This document shows positions 35,254 through 46,385 of a stretch of 64,000 nucleotides of DNA, in pieces. This DNA comes from Patiria miniata (taxonomy: Eukaryota), in NCBI RefSeq assembly GCF_015706575.1, contig NW_024037061.1:979897-1043896 (forward strand), in the 5' to 3' direction. The notes below the pieces were generated by a model. That model was not told the origin of the DNA. It worked only from the letters and a program-made list of their open reading frames with translations, and searched no databases. The number at the start of each line of letters is the position of its first letter. Position 1 is the stretch's first letter. Both the position numbers and the translations under genes were made by a program.

Positions 35254-35935
35254 ACAGGGTGAGTCAAAAAAAGCGGAACCCAAACCCCCAAAAATATATT
35301 TCATATTTAAAAAAATATGTAGCACCAAAAATAATAATGACTGGAAAGCCAATTTCATAAAGCTACTTTTAGATGAAAAAATACTGAAATTGCTCAATCC
35401 GTTCAAAGAATATCACCATTTAAACGCAACGACCCTAAAACCTGTCTCGTCCAAAAAAGCAATTTATTGTGCGTTTTGACTGTTTGGAACAACAAAGAAA
35501 ATGACACAGAATACTTGTTTCAACAACTGTCACCACCTGTAGTGCACAATATCTTTATTAACAACCCCGGTTAGGCAAACAATATAATTTATAAAATCTA
35601 CTTTTTTTAAAAGATGGGCCTTCAAAAAGACTTTGTTGAATATTTAAACGTTTAAACTGAGGTTTTATCGCTGGTGATGTTTAAAGACAATTGTGATGCC
35701 GATTCTTGAAATCACATTTATTTTTTTGGACGAGACAGGTTTAGGGCCATTGTGTTTAAATGGTGATATTCTTTGAACGGATTGACCAATTTCAGTAATT
35801 TTTTCATCTAAAAATAGCTTATGAAATTGGCTTTCCAGTCATAATTATGTTAGGTGCTACATAGTTTTTAAAAATGAAATATAATTTTTGGGGTTTGGGT
35901 TCCGCTTTTTTTGACTCACCCTGTAGAAAACAGTG
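35254..35935. mobile_element. Foldback MITE of about 680 bp, TIR ACAGGGTGAGTCAAAAAAAGCGGAACCCAAACCCC (PARP4 intron 26, abutting exon 26)
   Basis: Long arms at 35254-35470 and 35700-35935 are reverse complements. The left terminus creates a CAGG|GTGAGT donor and the right terminus an acceptor-like ccctgtag. Confidence 0.75.
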
Positions 35936-36176
35936 CATCGGAGCAAAAGAATGTAAAAGTTGGATGAAGGATCGTTGTTGACACGTGTATTACATTGTAT
36001 TTACATGTATTTCCTAATGAATACTACAACCAATTATTTAGTGCTTTGGCTTTTCGGGATGGTACAGAGTGTAACAGATATTATTTTTGGGGGCAAGGGA
36101 GGGGATCCAGAGCCTTATGGGTTTCTGTTAATGAAGTACATTGTAAATATCAAGCATTTTCACATTTTATTTGCAG

Positions 36177-36236
36177 CATTGGTCGATTTTGCAATGAGTG
36201 ATGAAGGAGCACTAGACGACTACCTTTGTTTTAGTC
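36177..36236 (+). CDS. PARP4: PARP4 exon 27
   Basis: Acceptor cacattttatttgcag, donor GTGAGT. Phase 1 to 1. Encodes ALVDFAMSDEGALDDYLCFS. Confidence 0.6.
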
Positions 36237-36969
36237 GTGAGTATTTGGTTTCAGATATTGAATGAAATTTCTACTTCATTTTGGTCGTATTGCTAGGGTG
36301 TCAATCACTTCTCAAAAGCGGGGGGGGGGGGGGGGGGGAAATACCTTGATCAGAATTAATGCGAGTGCGAAGCCCTAACACTGGGTTTCAGGGCCCACTT
36401 AAGAGCCCCGATTTTTTTGGGTTCTAGACGCTCTGTGGTGCAATTTGAGGCAATTTCTGACCACTTTAACCAATTTTTTTTTTAGCAAAAAATTATCATT
36501 TAAACATCATTTTCGAGTTTGGAGTCATTGAATCAGCTATTCTGAGCTATAGAATCATTATATAAGCTACTATTTGTATTCAGAGGCAAACAAAGTGGGG
36601 AGGACAAACGATATGATATCCCCCACTTTTACCCCCCCCCATAAGTCTATAGAATATCCCCTTGCATAGCAAGGGTCTATGATATGCGAGCTGATTCGGC
36701 GATTAAATATGCAAAACAGTACTGCATCTTGACATTGAAATTCTGACCATTCAGTGGATGCCTACTATCAGGTCTTCAGTAACCTGCTGCTGTATTACAA
36801 AAATACGGCAGCCAAATTGACCAATCAACGGCTAAGTCCACATTTCTGATCGAAAATGATGTCAGAATTTCTAAAGTCGACTCCGCTCCGCTGGCTGCAG
36901 GGTCACATAAAATTTGGATTGCTCACATGTGTCAGACGTTGGTTATTGTACAACGGTGGATACTTAAAC

Positions 36970-37762
36970 TAGGCGGTATCTCAAAATACAGCCGTGAAAC
37001 TTCCAAGTTCTGAATTGTTTTTTGCCAGAGCGTCACATTTTCATTTTGATGTATATTTACTTGTCTTTCTTCATGCAGCAGCCTACAGTCCCACTTCGCC
37101 AGGATATTACATGGGCGAGGGTGAGTACACAGTGGAATAGACCTTGCGCAGCAGCCATCTTAATAATTCATTAGCAATGAATGCACAACGGTCCACGCAG
37201 GCACATCCCAGCAAAACAAATGCATTGCCCTCTAAGATGGTTGCCATGCAACCGGTCTATTTGAAAGCGCTTTTGCAGGTGAAGCATTTGGAGGTGGGTT
37301 TAACGCTGGCAGTGGAGTAGATTCGCTCGTACCCCCTGCCCTGCAAACAGGACGCTGGTCAGGGCTGACGTCATTTGAGCTCTCAATGGATATATTTGCA
37401 TGACCTGTGACGTAGAACGCATCTTACAAACTAGCTTCTTGTGCCCATAATATGCAAATCTGACAGAAATACAAGAATCATAAATTCCAAATTTTCAGGC
37501 CACAGAAAATTGTATGCCAAAATTTATCATTTTTTTGTTGATTTTCCCAAATGAACTCCTTAGCGACGCACGTTTCTAAAAATGCAATCAGATGAACAGA
37601 ATGTGGTGTTTACATTCGTGACTTGTCCTCATTAATGCTAAATATTCATTAATGCTCCAGGCTGCATCTCATAAATACGGCTGTGCAACTTCCAACTGGT
37701 TTTGTTCTAGATGATCACATTTTTCTGTTGATGTACTTGTCTTTCTTTGTGTAGCTCCTTCT
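36970..37762 (+). repeat. Segmental duplication of the intron-exon junction that generates paralogous PARP4 exons 28 and 29
   Basis: 36970-37078 and 37660-37754 are homologous (..atctcaaaatacagccgtgaaacttccaag..ttgatgta..cttgtctttctt..gcag/gtag). Confidence 0.7.
37079..37120 (+). CDS. PARP4: PARP4 exon 28 (symmetric phase 1-1 cassette exon; paralogous to exon 29)
   Basis: Acceptor ttgtctttcttcatgcag, donor GTGAGT. Encodes PAYSPTSPGYYMGE. The roughly 100 bp of upstream intron is duplicated in front of exon 29. Confidence 0.55.
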
Positions 37763-37973
37763 TACAGTTCTGCTTTGGATTCTTATGCTGAGGACGACGA
37801 AATGTGCATGGAATTTGAAGAAGAAGGTGAACGATTTAGAAGAGGATTTGACGCTGGCGAGGAGAAATATGCCATGATGGAAGATTGTTATGAAGCAATG
37901 GAGATACGTGCCGTAGATGCGAAATCAGATGCTGACGACTGGGAAGATGACGACGACTATGATTCTGACAGTG
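37755..37973 (+). CDS. PARP4: PARP4 exon 29 (acidic region)
   Basis: Acceptor cttgtctttctttgtgtag, donor GTGAGT. Phase 1 to 1. Encodes APSYSSALDSYAEDDEMCMEFEEEGERFRRGFDAGEEKYAMMEDCYEAMEIRAVDAKSDADDWEDDDDYDSDS. Confidence 0.65.
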
Positions 37974-38152
37974 GTGAGTTGATTATAATGGGCCGTATTC
38001 CCCAACAATTGAGGGCGCTATAACATTGCCATTTCTGGGGGCGTGAACAGACACGAATGCTTGGTTATTGACATAATTTGATTCGAACATTGCTACAAAT
38101 GAAGAAATACATTTCAACAATGTATTTTAATGTAATTGTTTTTCGTTTCCAG

Positions 38153-38218
38153 AAGTATCGGAGAATGATCTACTGGAGTTCCTGGAGGAACAGGAGAAAC
38201 TTGATGAACAGCTACTTT
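38153..38218 (+). CDS. PARP4: PARP4 exon 30
   Basis: Acceptor tgtttttcgtttccag, donor GTAAGA. Phase 1 to 1. Encodes EVSENDLLEFLEEQEKLDEQLL. Confidence 0.6.
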
Positions 38219-39035
38219 GTAAGAACAGAAATAAGGAAGTTTTTGTTTTAATTTATTTTCGTTTTAATTGGAAAAACTGACTTTCCATATCAAGAACATG
38301 ATAATTTACAGAAGCTGTTTTGAGATGTCTGCGATCTATTATTGGGTAATGGAAATTGTTACTGCAATTGACTCTTCAAAAGAGTGGACTCGTGATTCTT
38401 CCAAATTTGAAAATTGATTCTGTTCGATTCTGACGTGTAGTCGCCCAAGCTTAAAGGGAAAGTGCTCAAAATCTTTTAAGATGATGCCTAACTTGATGAA
38501 CTGTTAGCTCTTTGAACAAAAATGAAATGCTGTATATTTGGAGAAAACGGGAACAAGCATAAACACAATGTTTTGGATCTCGATTTCAATTTCAAAGTTG
38601 CCGATTCGTAGGTTGAATTGCGCCCTCTCGTGACTCAATCTGAAAATCGGCATTCAGGACACGATTCGTATTCAGCCAGTTGTTACCCATTCACGGATTC
38701 GCCCAATGCAACCCAACTACAAATTTGAACCCGCGGGGGCTGATTCACGGAAATTTCCAAAAATGTGTCGCTTGACATATCTTTGGAAATAGCCTTTTGT
38801 TGTTTTTCTTGAAAATGACAGCTTGACAGAGGGAACAATTTCACAGGGAGTTTAGTGTCATTGTCATCTTTCATTAAAGTAGCTTTCTAACTATAATTTA
38901 GCCGGTTGTTTTTTTAATCGATGCAAATGGTCGACCTTACCTTTAACTTCCTCCTATAAAAAAGAAACTTATATTCCTCTAAATTTCTCGTGCAAATTTA
39001 TTTTATTCGTTTGATTCCTCACATAGCATCGATGC

Positions 39036-39154
39036 CGCCACGCACCAGAGTCAGAGGCAAGGCTAGAGGCGGTAAGATGATGTTTGGAGAAAAGAAGGCG
39101 GAGGGATTACTTTCTCGAGATGTTGATTTGGCTCCGGATCAGTCGGTGAGAATG
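39036..39154 (+). CDS. PARP4: PARP4 exon 31
   Basis: Acceptor tttgattcctcacatag, donor TCG|GTGAGA giving phase 0, which the next exon requires. An earlier GTAAGA donor at 39081 would break phase. Encodes SSMPPRTRVRGKARGGKMMFGEKKAEGLLSRDVDLAPDQS. Confidence 0.55.
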
Positions 39155-39939
39155 TTTAAGCCCAATCCCGAAGGACACAAAATGCTCAAATTTTGTTATT
39201 CTCTCCTTGTACTATGTTTTCCTTTGCATAATCACGAGCAAACTCGGCTTTTAATTCCTATGTGTCATATCAACCCATTAGCATTGTATTACACTGCTAT
39301 GTATTCATTGAAAAAAAAAAAGCTAAGTAATTTGTCAGTCACACCACAAACCGTCGTATTGCAGTTTTTGGTGTTTTGAGAAAAAAAAACGATTTAAAGG
39401 TGACCATATTTTTGTAGGCTCATTCCTTATAACTTCTGTGTAAGAATTCACTCGGTTTTGTTTCAGCTACAAAATTAATGTTGAAACTTCATTGTACACG
39501 ATCCGTTTGCTTATTTTAAGATATTCAGTTCCCAAGATACACGTCACTCTATCAAACTTACTTTATTGTAGTTCATACAACGCGCGTAATAGTGGCCACG
39601 TGTTAGATACGATGGTTCGTGAAACGATGATTTCTCACTGTCCATGCTGGTGCTGTTTAGTTACGTCACAGCGCTATGGGAATTAGTGCGCAAAGTGGTG
39701 TATCGGGATACGACCCTTTGTGTTGAAACATTTTTTATTTTTTGGAGATACGCCGCACAGTCTAATTAGCATTCTTATTTATTTAGAACTCAGATCGGAA
39801 TAAAACTTTGTGAGGATGAGCACTCTGATGAAATAAAAACGTTAACGATAAAAACTCAACTTGGCCAAAAACAGTTTTTGTCCTGTTCCTGTTACCTTGG
39901 TTTTTTGTAAATTGCCATTCAAGCATCATTAATCCTAAC

Positions 39940-40145
39940 AGAACTCAACCCATCAAACCCCAACGGCATGTTTTGTTGGAATTTGTCAGGATGGGTACAG
40001 TACCCCTAAACTGACAGTTTTTTACATTGGGTTGGCACACCTCTAGAATCAAAGTCAGAATATGTGTGTGCAGTTTCCCATATGGTGTTGGAATTTGCCA
40101 GGATGGGTGTGGTTCCTAGTAAATCATGCTAGGGAGTCGGGGTTA
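39940..40145 (+). repeat. Interspersed repeat family C copy
   Basis: Nearly identical to 23335-23550. Confidence 0.7.
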
Positions 40146-40388
40146 AGAATGACTTTGAGCAATTTTTTATAATTCATAATCACTCTTGGACGACGACTGC
40201 GTTAAGGAGTGCATCAGAATTATAAAATCATAGATGTCATAAACAATGACAGGTAAAAAATGGACCACATAGAATGACACAAATATGACGATTTCTCCAT
40301 CATGCAACATTTGACAAGATCAAACAGCCAGAATGGAACAAATCGTTTTTAGTTAACGTTTGTTTTTGAATAATTTTCATTTTTGTAG

Positions 40389-43296
40389 GTAAAGAAGACA
40401 GAAGAGGAGTATGAAAAACCAAAAGAGAGGGCAATTATGTGGGGCAGTGCACAGCGCCATCGGCGACGTGAAATTCCAGATGAGGAATTGAAATTACAGG
40501 GCAATACTGATGGGATCACCTTTGCAGAGCCTGCTGATAGCTCACTTGCCGAAAGAAGTCCACATCGTTTTCCATCACCAGCCACAGGGTTTGCATTCTC
40601 TGCGCCTTCACCTGCGTCGCAGGCCGCTCATCCTGCACTTCAGGCCGGTGATCCCGCCGTCGCTGAGGCCTTGTCCTCAAGCTCTGTAAGCACTGGTTTC
40701 TTTACATCCACAGCACCTCGACAGGCTCGTGCCTCTAAGTTTAAATCGATGCTACCTCCTGCCAGACTTTATAAAGCAAAAGGAGTCTCACTTCAGGGAG
40801 AAGCCCCCACTGGAGGTCTGTTTGGAGGACCTTCTCTTCGCTCTGGCTTTGATGAGGGACTGACCCTAGGTCATCAACCCCCACTGGAAGCTGGTGTTCC
40901 AAAGCCTCAAACAGTAACCGGGTTTGGGGGAACTTCCGTAGCCCCTTCTTATGGTAGAGTGTTTGGTGCCCCTTTTTCTGGTGGTATGTTTGGAGGACCT
41001 TCCCTTCCCTCTGGCTTTGTTGAGGGACGGTCCCTGGGTCGTCAACCGCCACCGGAAGCTGGTATTCCAGAGCGTCAAGCAACAGTCGGGTTTGGGGGAA
41101 CTTCCCCAGCCCCTTCTTCTGGTGGACTGTTTGGAGCCCCTTTTTCTGGTGGTCTATTTGGAGGACCTTCCCTTCACTCTGGCTTTGATGAGGGACAAAC
41201 CCTAGGTCGTCAACCGCCATCGGAAGCTAGTATTCCAGAGTTTCAAACACAGTCTGGTGGTCTGTTTGGGAGACCTTCCCTTCACTCTCGCTTTGATGAG
41301 GAACGCCCCCGGGGTCTTCAAACCCGACTGAGAGCTGGTATTCGAGGACATGGTGAAACAACACTGAGCGACAATCTGTTGGAGGAAACTTCCGAATCCC
41401 CTTCGTCTGGTGGTCTGTTCGGCGAACCCGTGGTACCCCCGGTTGGTCAAAGGCCAATACCAGCATTTCGCAAGCAAATACCAACCACTAGCATGCTTAA
41501 GGGATCTCCCAAGCCCAAGTCTGATGCTGGAGTGGCACCAATTCAACCCCCATGCCGAGAAGCCAGAAAATCTGCCCCTCAAGAGCCAGCCAAGGGCGAT
41601 TTGCTCTCTAAACCCCCAGAAGAAGCAGCTATGCCTGAATCATTCAAGTCAAACTCTAAAGGAACCGTAGGATTTTCCGACAGAAAGCCACAACAAATCC
41701 GCCTTGAAGCAGGAGGAGTTTCTTCAGGGTTTAGTTTTGGAAGTGTCCCACAGCAGCAACAAACGGCTGGCGAGTTTGCGTCCACAAGAAAAAAGGATCT
41801 GTCAAAGCTACTTGGGATCTTACAGCCAGAGCAAACAGAACCCATTTTGCATGCACGGTCCATGGCATGGCCAATGCAAGCCGCTAATTCTCCTGCTAGG
41901 TTAACCGCTGCCCCGCCCCGTCGCTTTGCTGCCACTGCAGCACCATCCCCACCGCCTTCCCGTAACGCTGAGGTCAGTACATATTCTGCATCACCACCAC
42001 CTCCTCCAACTGCCTTCTTTGCGGGGATACCCCCTCCCCCACCACCCGCCCATGATGGTATAGCGCCCGGACAGCCCCCACTTCCTCTGGACATGATGAG
42101 ACGCACAATTCAAGAGGCTTTGGAGCGGTTTTCCAGTCCGTCTGGGCGGCCTCCCCCTCTGCCACATGCAGGAGCATCAAGCTTAGGGGGATTGTCTGGA
42201 AAAGCAACCCCCGCGACATTGGGTCAAGTACGACAGAGGCAAGAAATGGCTGACGATTTTGCGTCCACTAAAGTGTCTGCGTCAGCAGGACAGACCTCTG
42301 TCACCTCTGGTCTGTTTGGGAGCTTACAGTCACAGCAATCAGAAACCACATTGCATGCACAGTCATTGGCATTGCCAATGCAAGCCACCAGTCAGTCCGC
42401 TGGGTCACCCCCTCCTGTCCCGCCCTGTCCTCGTCTTCCCCTGCCCCGTCGTCCACCCCCACGGCTTCCCTTTAGACCTAGACCACGTGATTTATATGAT
42501 GAATCACCACCACCCCCTCCACCTGCCCGTTCAAGGATGCCCCCTCCCCTTCCCCCACCACTTCCTGGTAAAGAAAAAGCACCCCGACAACTAGGAAAGG
42601 GAATTCAAGAGCCTCAGCTTGGACAGCCTGCTGCTGCGCCTCTGCCACGTGCAAGACATTTTAATACAAAAAGTTACTCGGCACTACTCGGGCTTGAGAG
42701 TACGGCTGAAATACCAGATCACGCAAGGGTTTCGAGAAGCAGCAATAAAGAAAGCTCAACACCCGTGGAGAGTAACAAAGTTAGAATAAGACAGGAGCTC
42801 TCGTCAGACATGCGGAGAAACCTGAAGAAAGATGCAGCCGAAGTTCCGCCACAGTTTTTCGATACTATAATGGCGTTCGGGAGTGATGATGCTGAGGAGA
42901 CATATACATGTATGGCTGCCGATGAGAGTCATAAGCCAAGTGATGAAGGATATGCTCCTGCAAAAGTCCGGGGAAGTTTGAAGAAGAAAAAGAAGAAAGC
43001 ATTTTTTGCCGTGTCAGAGGACCGTGGTAAAGATGTTGACGAGGAGCAGATCGGTAAAGAAACTGAGGAAATCCCAAGTCTCCAAAAGGCTTCCCTGATT
43101 CAAGATGCCAGAAGCCAACCGGTTGTAGAGCTCTGCCGTATGTCTCCAAAGATGAGACCTAGAGGCATAGGGCCTAAAGTCAGTCCAAAGCCTCCACCAC
43201 TTAGCCACACTAAGGACATCGTCAGTGATTTGTTGGGTGAGATAGAGATAAGCACAGCCATCAGTGCACCACTGGGCTTTGGCACAACAGAGTCAA
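40389..43296 (+). CDS. PARP4: PARP4 giant exon 32 (about 969 codons): proline-rich, low-complexity C-terminal region with four tandem repeats of about 57 aa (GGLFGGPSL.SGF.EG..LG.QPP.EAG.P) and PPPPPP stretches
   Basis: Acceptor tcatttttgtag. Continuous ORF from 40389. The in-frame stop at 43326 is bypassed by a perfect donor TCAA|GTAAGT at 43296/43297 (phase 1), which matches the phase needed by downstream exons. Confidence 0.7.
40800..41340 (+). repeat. PARP4: Coding tandem repeat (four units of about 171 bp, 57 aa) inside PARP4 giant exon 32
   Basis: GGLFGGPSLRSGFDEGLTLGHQPPLEAGVPKPQTVTGFGGTSVAPSYGRVFGAPFS / GGMFGGPSLPSGFVEGRSLGRQPPPEAGIPERQATVGFGGTSPAPSSGGLFGAPFS / GGLFGGPSLHSGFDEGQTLGRQPPSEASIPEFQTQSGGLFGRPSLHSRFDEE.. 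Confidence 0.8.
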
Positions 43297-44078
43297 GTAA
43301 GTTACTCTTTGCTTTACCTTCTAGTTAACCCATATGGGCATATTGAGTGTTTGTGGCGAAAGGTAACAGCTTTTTTTTTTCTCCGGTCATCTGGCGTGGT
43401 CACCTGGTACAAGGGGGTAGGAGGTTTGGGGGAAGTAGGATCTTTCTGGGGGGAGTACTGTTCAAAGGGAATGATCATGGGCACTTTCAGACAATAGGTG
43501 ACGCTCTTCATGGTGCTACAATTGCCAATGTTTTGGCAACGTTAAAAAGGGCACTCCTGGGAAAAAAAGGTTCTTGAAAGGTATATTTGAAAAGAAATCT
43601 GATACACTTACTTGCTCAGAATGCTTGGCGCATTTGAACTTTGAATTCTCCAGACCAAAGACACTGTTGCTAATCGCATGATTCGGGGCAAGCTCTTGCA
43701 TAGTTACGTAAGAGACACTCAGCACCAATGCATTGTTCACACTGGGTGGGAATGGCACAAAGACACCAGATCATGCCGGAGCTGGGGGTTGCTAGCGTAA
43801 GGCTTGCCCCGAATCATCTGATATAGTAACAGTCTCTTGGGTCGGGAGAGCGCAAAGTTTAAAAGGTGCAAAGCATTGGATTAAGTCAGCATTTCAGATT
43901 TTATTCAAATTTCACTCACAAATGGCTTATTTGAGTGCATGAAGTTTCAAAGTCCAAAAGGGAAATGATAGTTTTATAACATTTTGAATTACGAGGTTCA
44001 CCTACATTCAAAGAAACACATTTCACAAAACAATGTATGCTTGTATTCAATGATGTTGTTCTGTAATTTATGAAACAG

Positions 44079-44146
44079 AATTCCGAAAGCATAATGGAGA
44101 TTTCAGTCTCGAGGCTATCATAAAACTTCTGAAACATCAGAATGAG
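44079..44146 (+). CDS. PARP4: PARP4 candidate exon 33 (KFRKHNGDFSLEAIIKLLKHQNE)
   Basis: Acceptor tttatgaaacag, donor GTAAGT. Phase 1 to 0, compatible with the giant exon upstream and the next exon. Could be an alternative cassette exon. Confidence 0.45.
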
Positions 44147-44916
44147 GTAAGTTGATGGATATTATCTTTACTTTTCATTGCTATTATTATTTTCATTTTT
44201 TTGGGGTATAAAACAGTGACGTGAATGCAAAGTTGTCGACGTAAGTTTATAGGTTGCCATAATTGCAAAAAATTTCAATTCAACAGTACAGTGTCTCACT
44301 CTTTGTGGAGGTAAAGTTACAACAATGCTGTAGTAATGTGATTTTACTGGGTGTGTTCGTTAGCTCACCTGGGTCAACACGGGTTAGCCCCGTGCCGTTC
44401 GATTAGCTCTGATGTCATTCTCGTGGCTCACCCGGGCCAGCCACCACAGACCCTGCTCGTGGAGCAGAGTCACTGGTGGAAGTACGTCACGCATGCGTTG
44501 TTCATTCCCTAGAAACGGACAAATATGGCGGCCGGACAGCGAAAATTTCATGCGGACTAAAAGTTGACTCGATTTGAAGTCTAATGACAATGATTGAGCT
44601 CATTGCGACTTTTCAGGCTGTAATTTCAACCCAACTTTTTTGCGTTTTGAAACGGACTGAAGAGCAGTAAATCTCAAACTAAGACCCAATCGGATATGGG
44701 CGTTTTGTCAGCGGCTACGCCACGGCTTAAGGCTTCACGTGAGGATCCTGATGGCCCGCGGTGCAACGTTCCATTAGCTGGGCTGTCGTGGCTGACCCGT
44801 CTACCTTCTACGCAGAGGGGGAGACTGTTCACTCAGAAAAAAATGATTTTGTTACAGTGCACTCATTGGCTGAAGAATACAGCCTAACGCCTCACTGTGA
44901 ACTCTTGTTAAAACAG

Positions 44917-45016
44917 GACGGATCATGGGAGTTGTTCATGGGCATCAAAGAGCACGTCGGAGTTAGACTGAAGCCGGTCAAGAACATGCTGAAAGAAGCT
45001 GGCGTGAATTCACTCG
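44917..45016 (+). CDS. PARP4: PARP4 candidate exon 34 (DGSWELFMGIKEHVGVRLKPVKNMLKEAGVNSL)
   Basis: Acceptor cttgttaaaacag, donor GTGAGC. Phase 0 to 1, compatible with the terminal exon. Confidence 0.45.
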
Positions 45017-45377
45017 GTGAGCAGAATACATTAGTCATCATGGGCCTTTTCTTACAACGTTTGCAAAAATTCAAAAACGGGGGAAAAGTTTTGACACAAT
45101 TTGTTCTCCCTACTATCTGACTCTGGCCACTGAGGATTATCATTGGTTATACATAACGGTACACTGGTTCTATCTCCAGGGGTAAACAAAGGACTTTTTT
45201 AAGGGTGTTTTCACGGACTCCTAATCCGTGAAAATTTAGTTAACTGTAATTTCAAGGGAAAATGGCTCTTTAACGAATGTTTAAGGGATGAAAATGTTCC
45301 ATGATTAAACTCCATCGATTCTCTGTTAATGCAAGTGTAACTTATTGCATACCTTGTTTGCTGTTGCTCTTAAACAG

Positions 45378-45622
45378 GCGAAGACGTTGCCTTGAAGATC
45401 CAGAAGCTGGTGGCCACCTATCTGGTCATCCTGTACCTGAACCACTTCTTGGCACAGTCGCCAACGATGAGCAGGCAGGAGAGAGAACGGATCACCCAGG
45501 CCGTTCTGAATGCGGAGAGGTTCGTCAGTCAGGCTGAGGCGGAGTATCCATCCCTGGCACGTCGCCTGGAGCTCGGAAGCAGCTGGGACGATGTCTGCCA
45601 GGACATCTTCAAGATGATGTAA
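45378..45622 (+). CDS. PARP4: PARP4 terminal coding exon, stop TAA at 45620-45622 (..EDVALKIQKLVATYLVILYLNHFLAQSPTMSRQERERITQAVLNAERFVSQAEAEYPSLARRLELGSSWDDVCQDIFKMM*)
   Basis: Acceptor ttgctcttaaacag with phase 1 in. Long clean ORF ending in a stop. Phase-compatible with both the giant exon and candidate exon 34. Confidence 0.7.
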
Positions 45623-46282
45623 CTCCTTATGTAGTGCAGAGAGTCTAAGATCCCAGAAATGTTAAAAAGGATTGCAGAAATGTTAACCAAATTTGTTTTG
45701 ATATCTAACGTAGACATGTATATCACCACATAAGATCAAACCACTGTTTTCTTAAAAACTTTTAGCTGGCGTTGTTTACAAAAAATCTCAAAAACTATAA
45801 AATATTTAAATTACCATTTAATCAGATGTTATACCAAAATTAACTGGTATCGGTTTTTGTTTAGTTACAAACACTTTACATCCTAATTTGTTGGGTTTTA
45901 GCCAAAATTTCAAAAATGTGATTCGATTGAAATTTATTTCATTTTTCTTTTAGTTTAAACGTCTGAGAATGGTGTGTAATGTTTACTTCAAATTAATCAT
46001 GTATAATTGAAGTTACATGTATGTTTGGGATTCAAGATATAAGCAGTATATGTTTCCATCTGAAGAAATTGTGTTACTGATTGATCTGTGTTATACTAGA
46101 AGCTAACACGACCCTGTTGCAAACTCCAGACATTGGGGTGTGGGGGCACACCTCGAAACAAAACACATGATGCTTATGGTTTTTGCCATTGGGAATTGCT
46201 TGCCTGGTGAATGATCACTGGCTACATGTTATAGTGGGATAATAGTTAATACAGCCCTTGAAGAAAAGACATTGACAAATTG

Positions 46283-46385
46283 GGGTACCGCCAACATAGG
46301 GCTGGATAGCTCAGTTGGTAGGGCACTGGAACGGCAATTCGGAGGTCGCATGTTTTAACCCTTTCCAGTCAATTTCTTTGATCGA
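46283..46385 (+). mobile_element. tRNA-derived SINE, family A copy (PARP4 3' flank)
   Basis: Same family. Confidence 0.7.

Noticed and set aside
35127-35258. Long form of PARP4 exon 26 ending at the perfect CAGG|GTGAGT donor
   Set aside because: It leaves phase 0, which is incompatible with exon 27 (phase 1 in). The donor is created by a MITE terminus. Retained as a possible aberrant or alternative splice under findings.
39036-39080. Short form of PARP4 exon 31 using the GTAAGA donor at 39081
   Set aside because: It would leave phase 1, whereas the giant exon is entered in phase 0. The downstream donor TCG|GTGAGA keeps the frame.
40741-42106. Long antisense ORFs (159, 126 and 175 aa) overlapping the giant PARP4 exon
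   Set aside because: The sequence is GC- and proline-codon-rich and repetitive, and it is open in several frames. The sense frame has clear exon context and phase continuity, so the antisense ORFs are artefacts.
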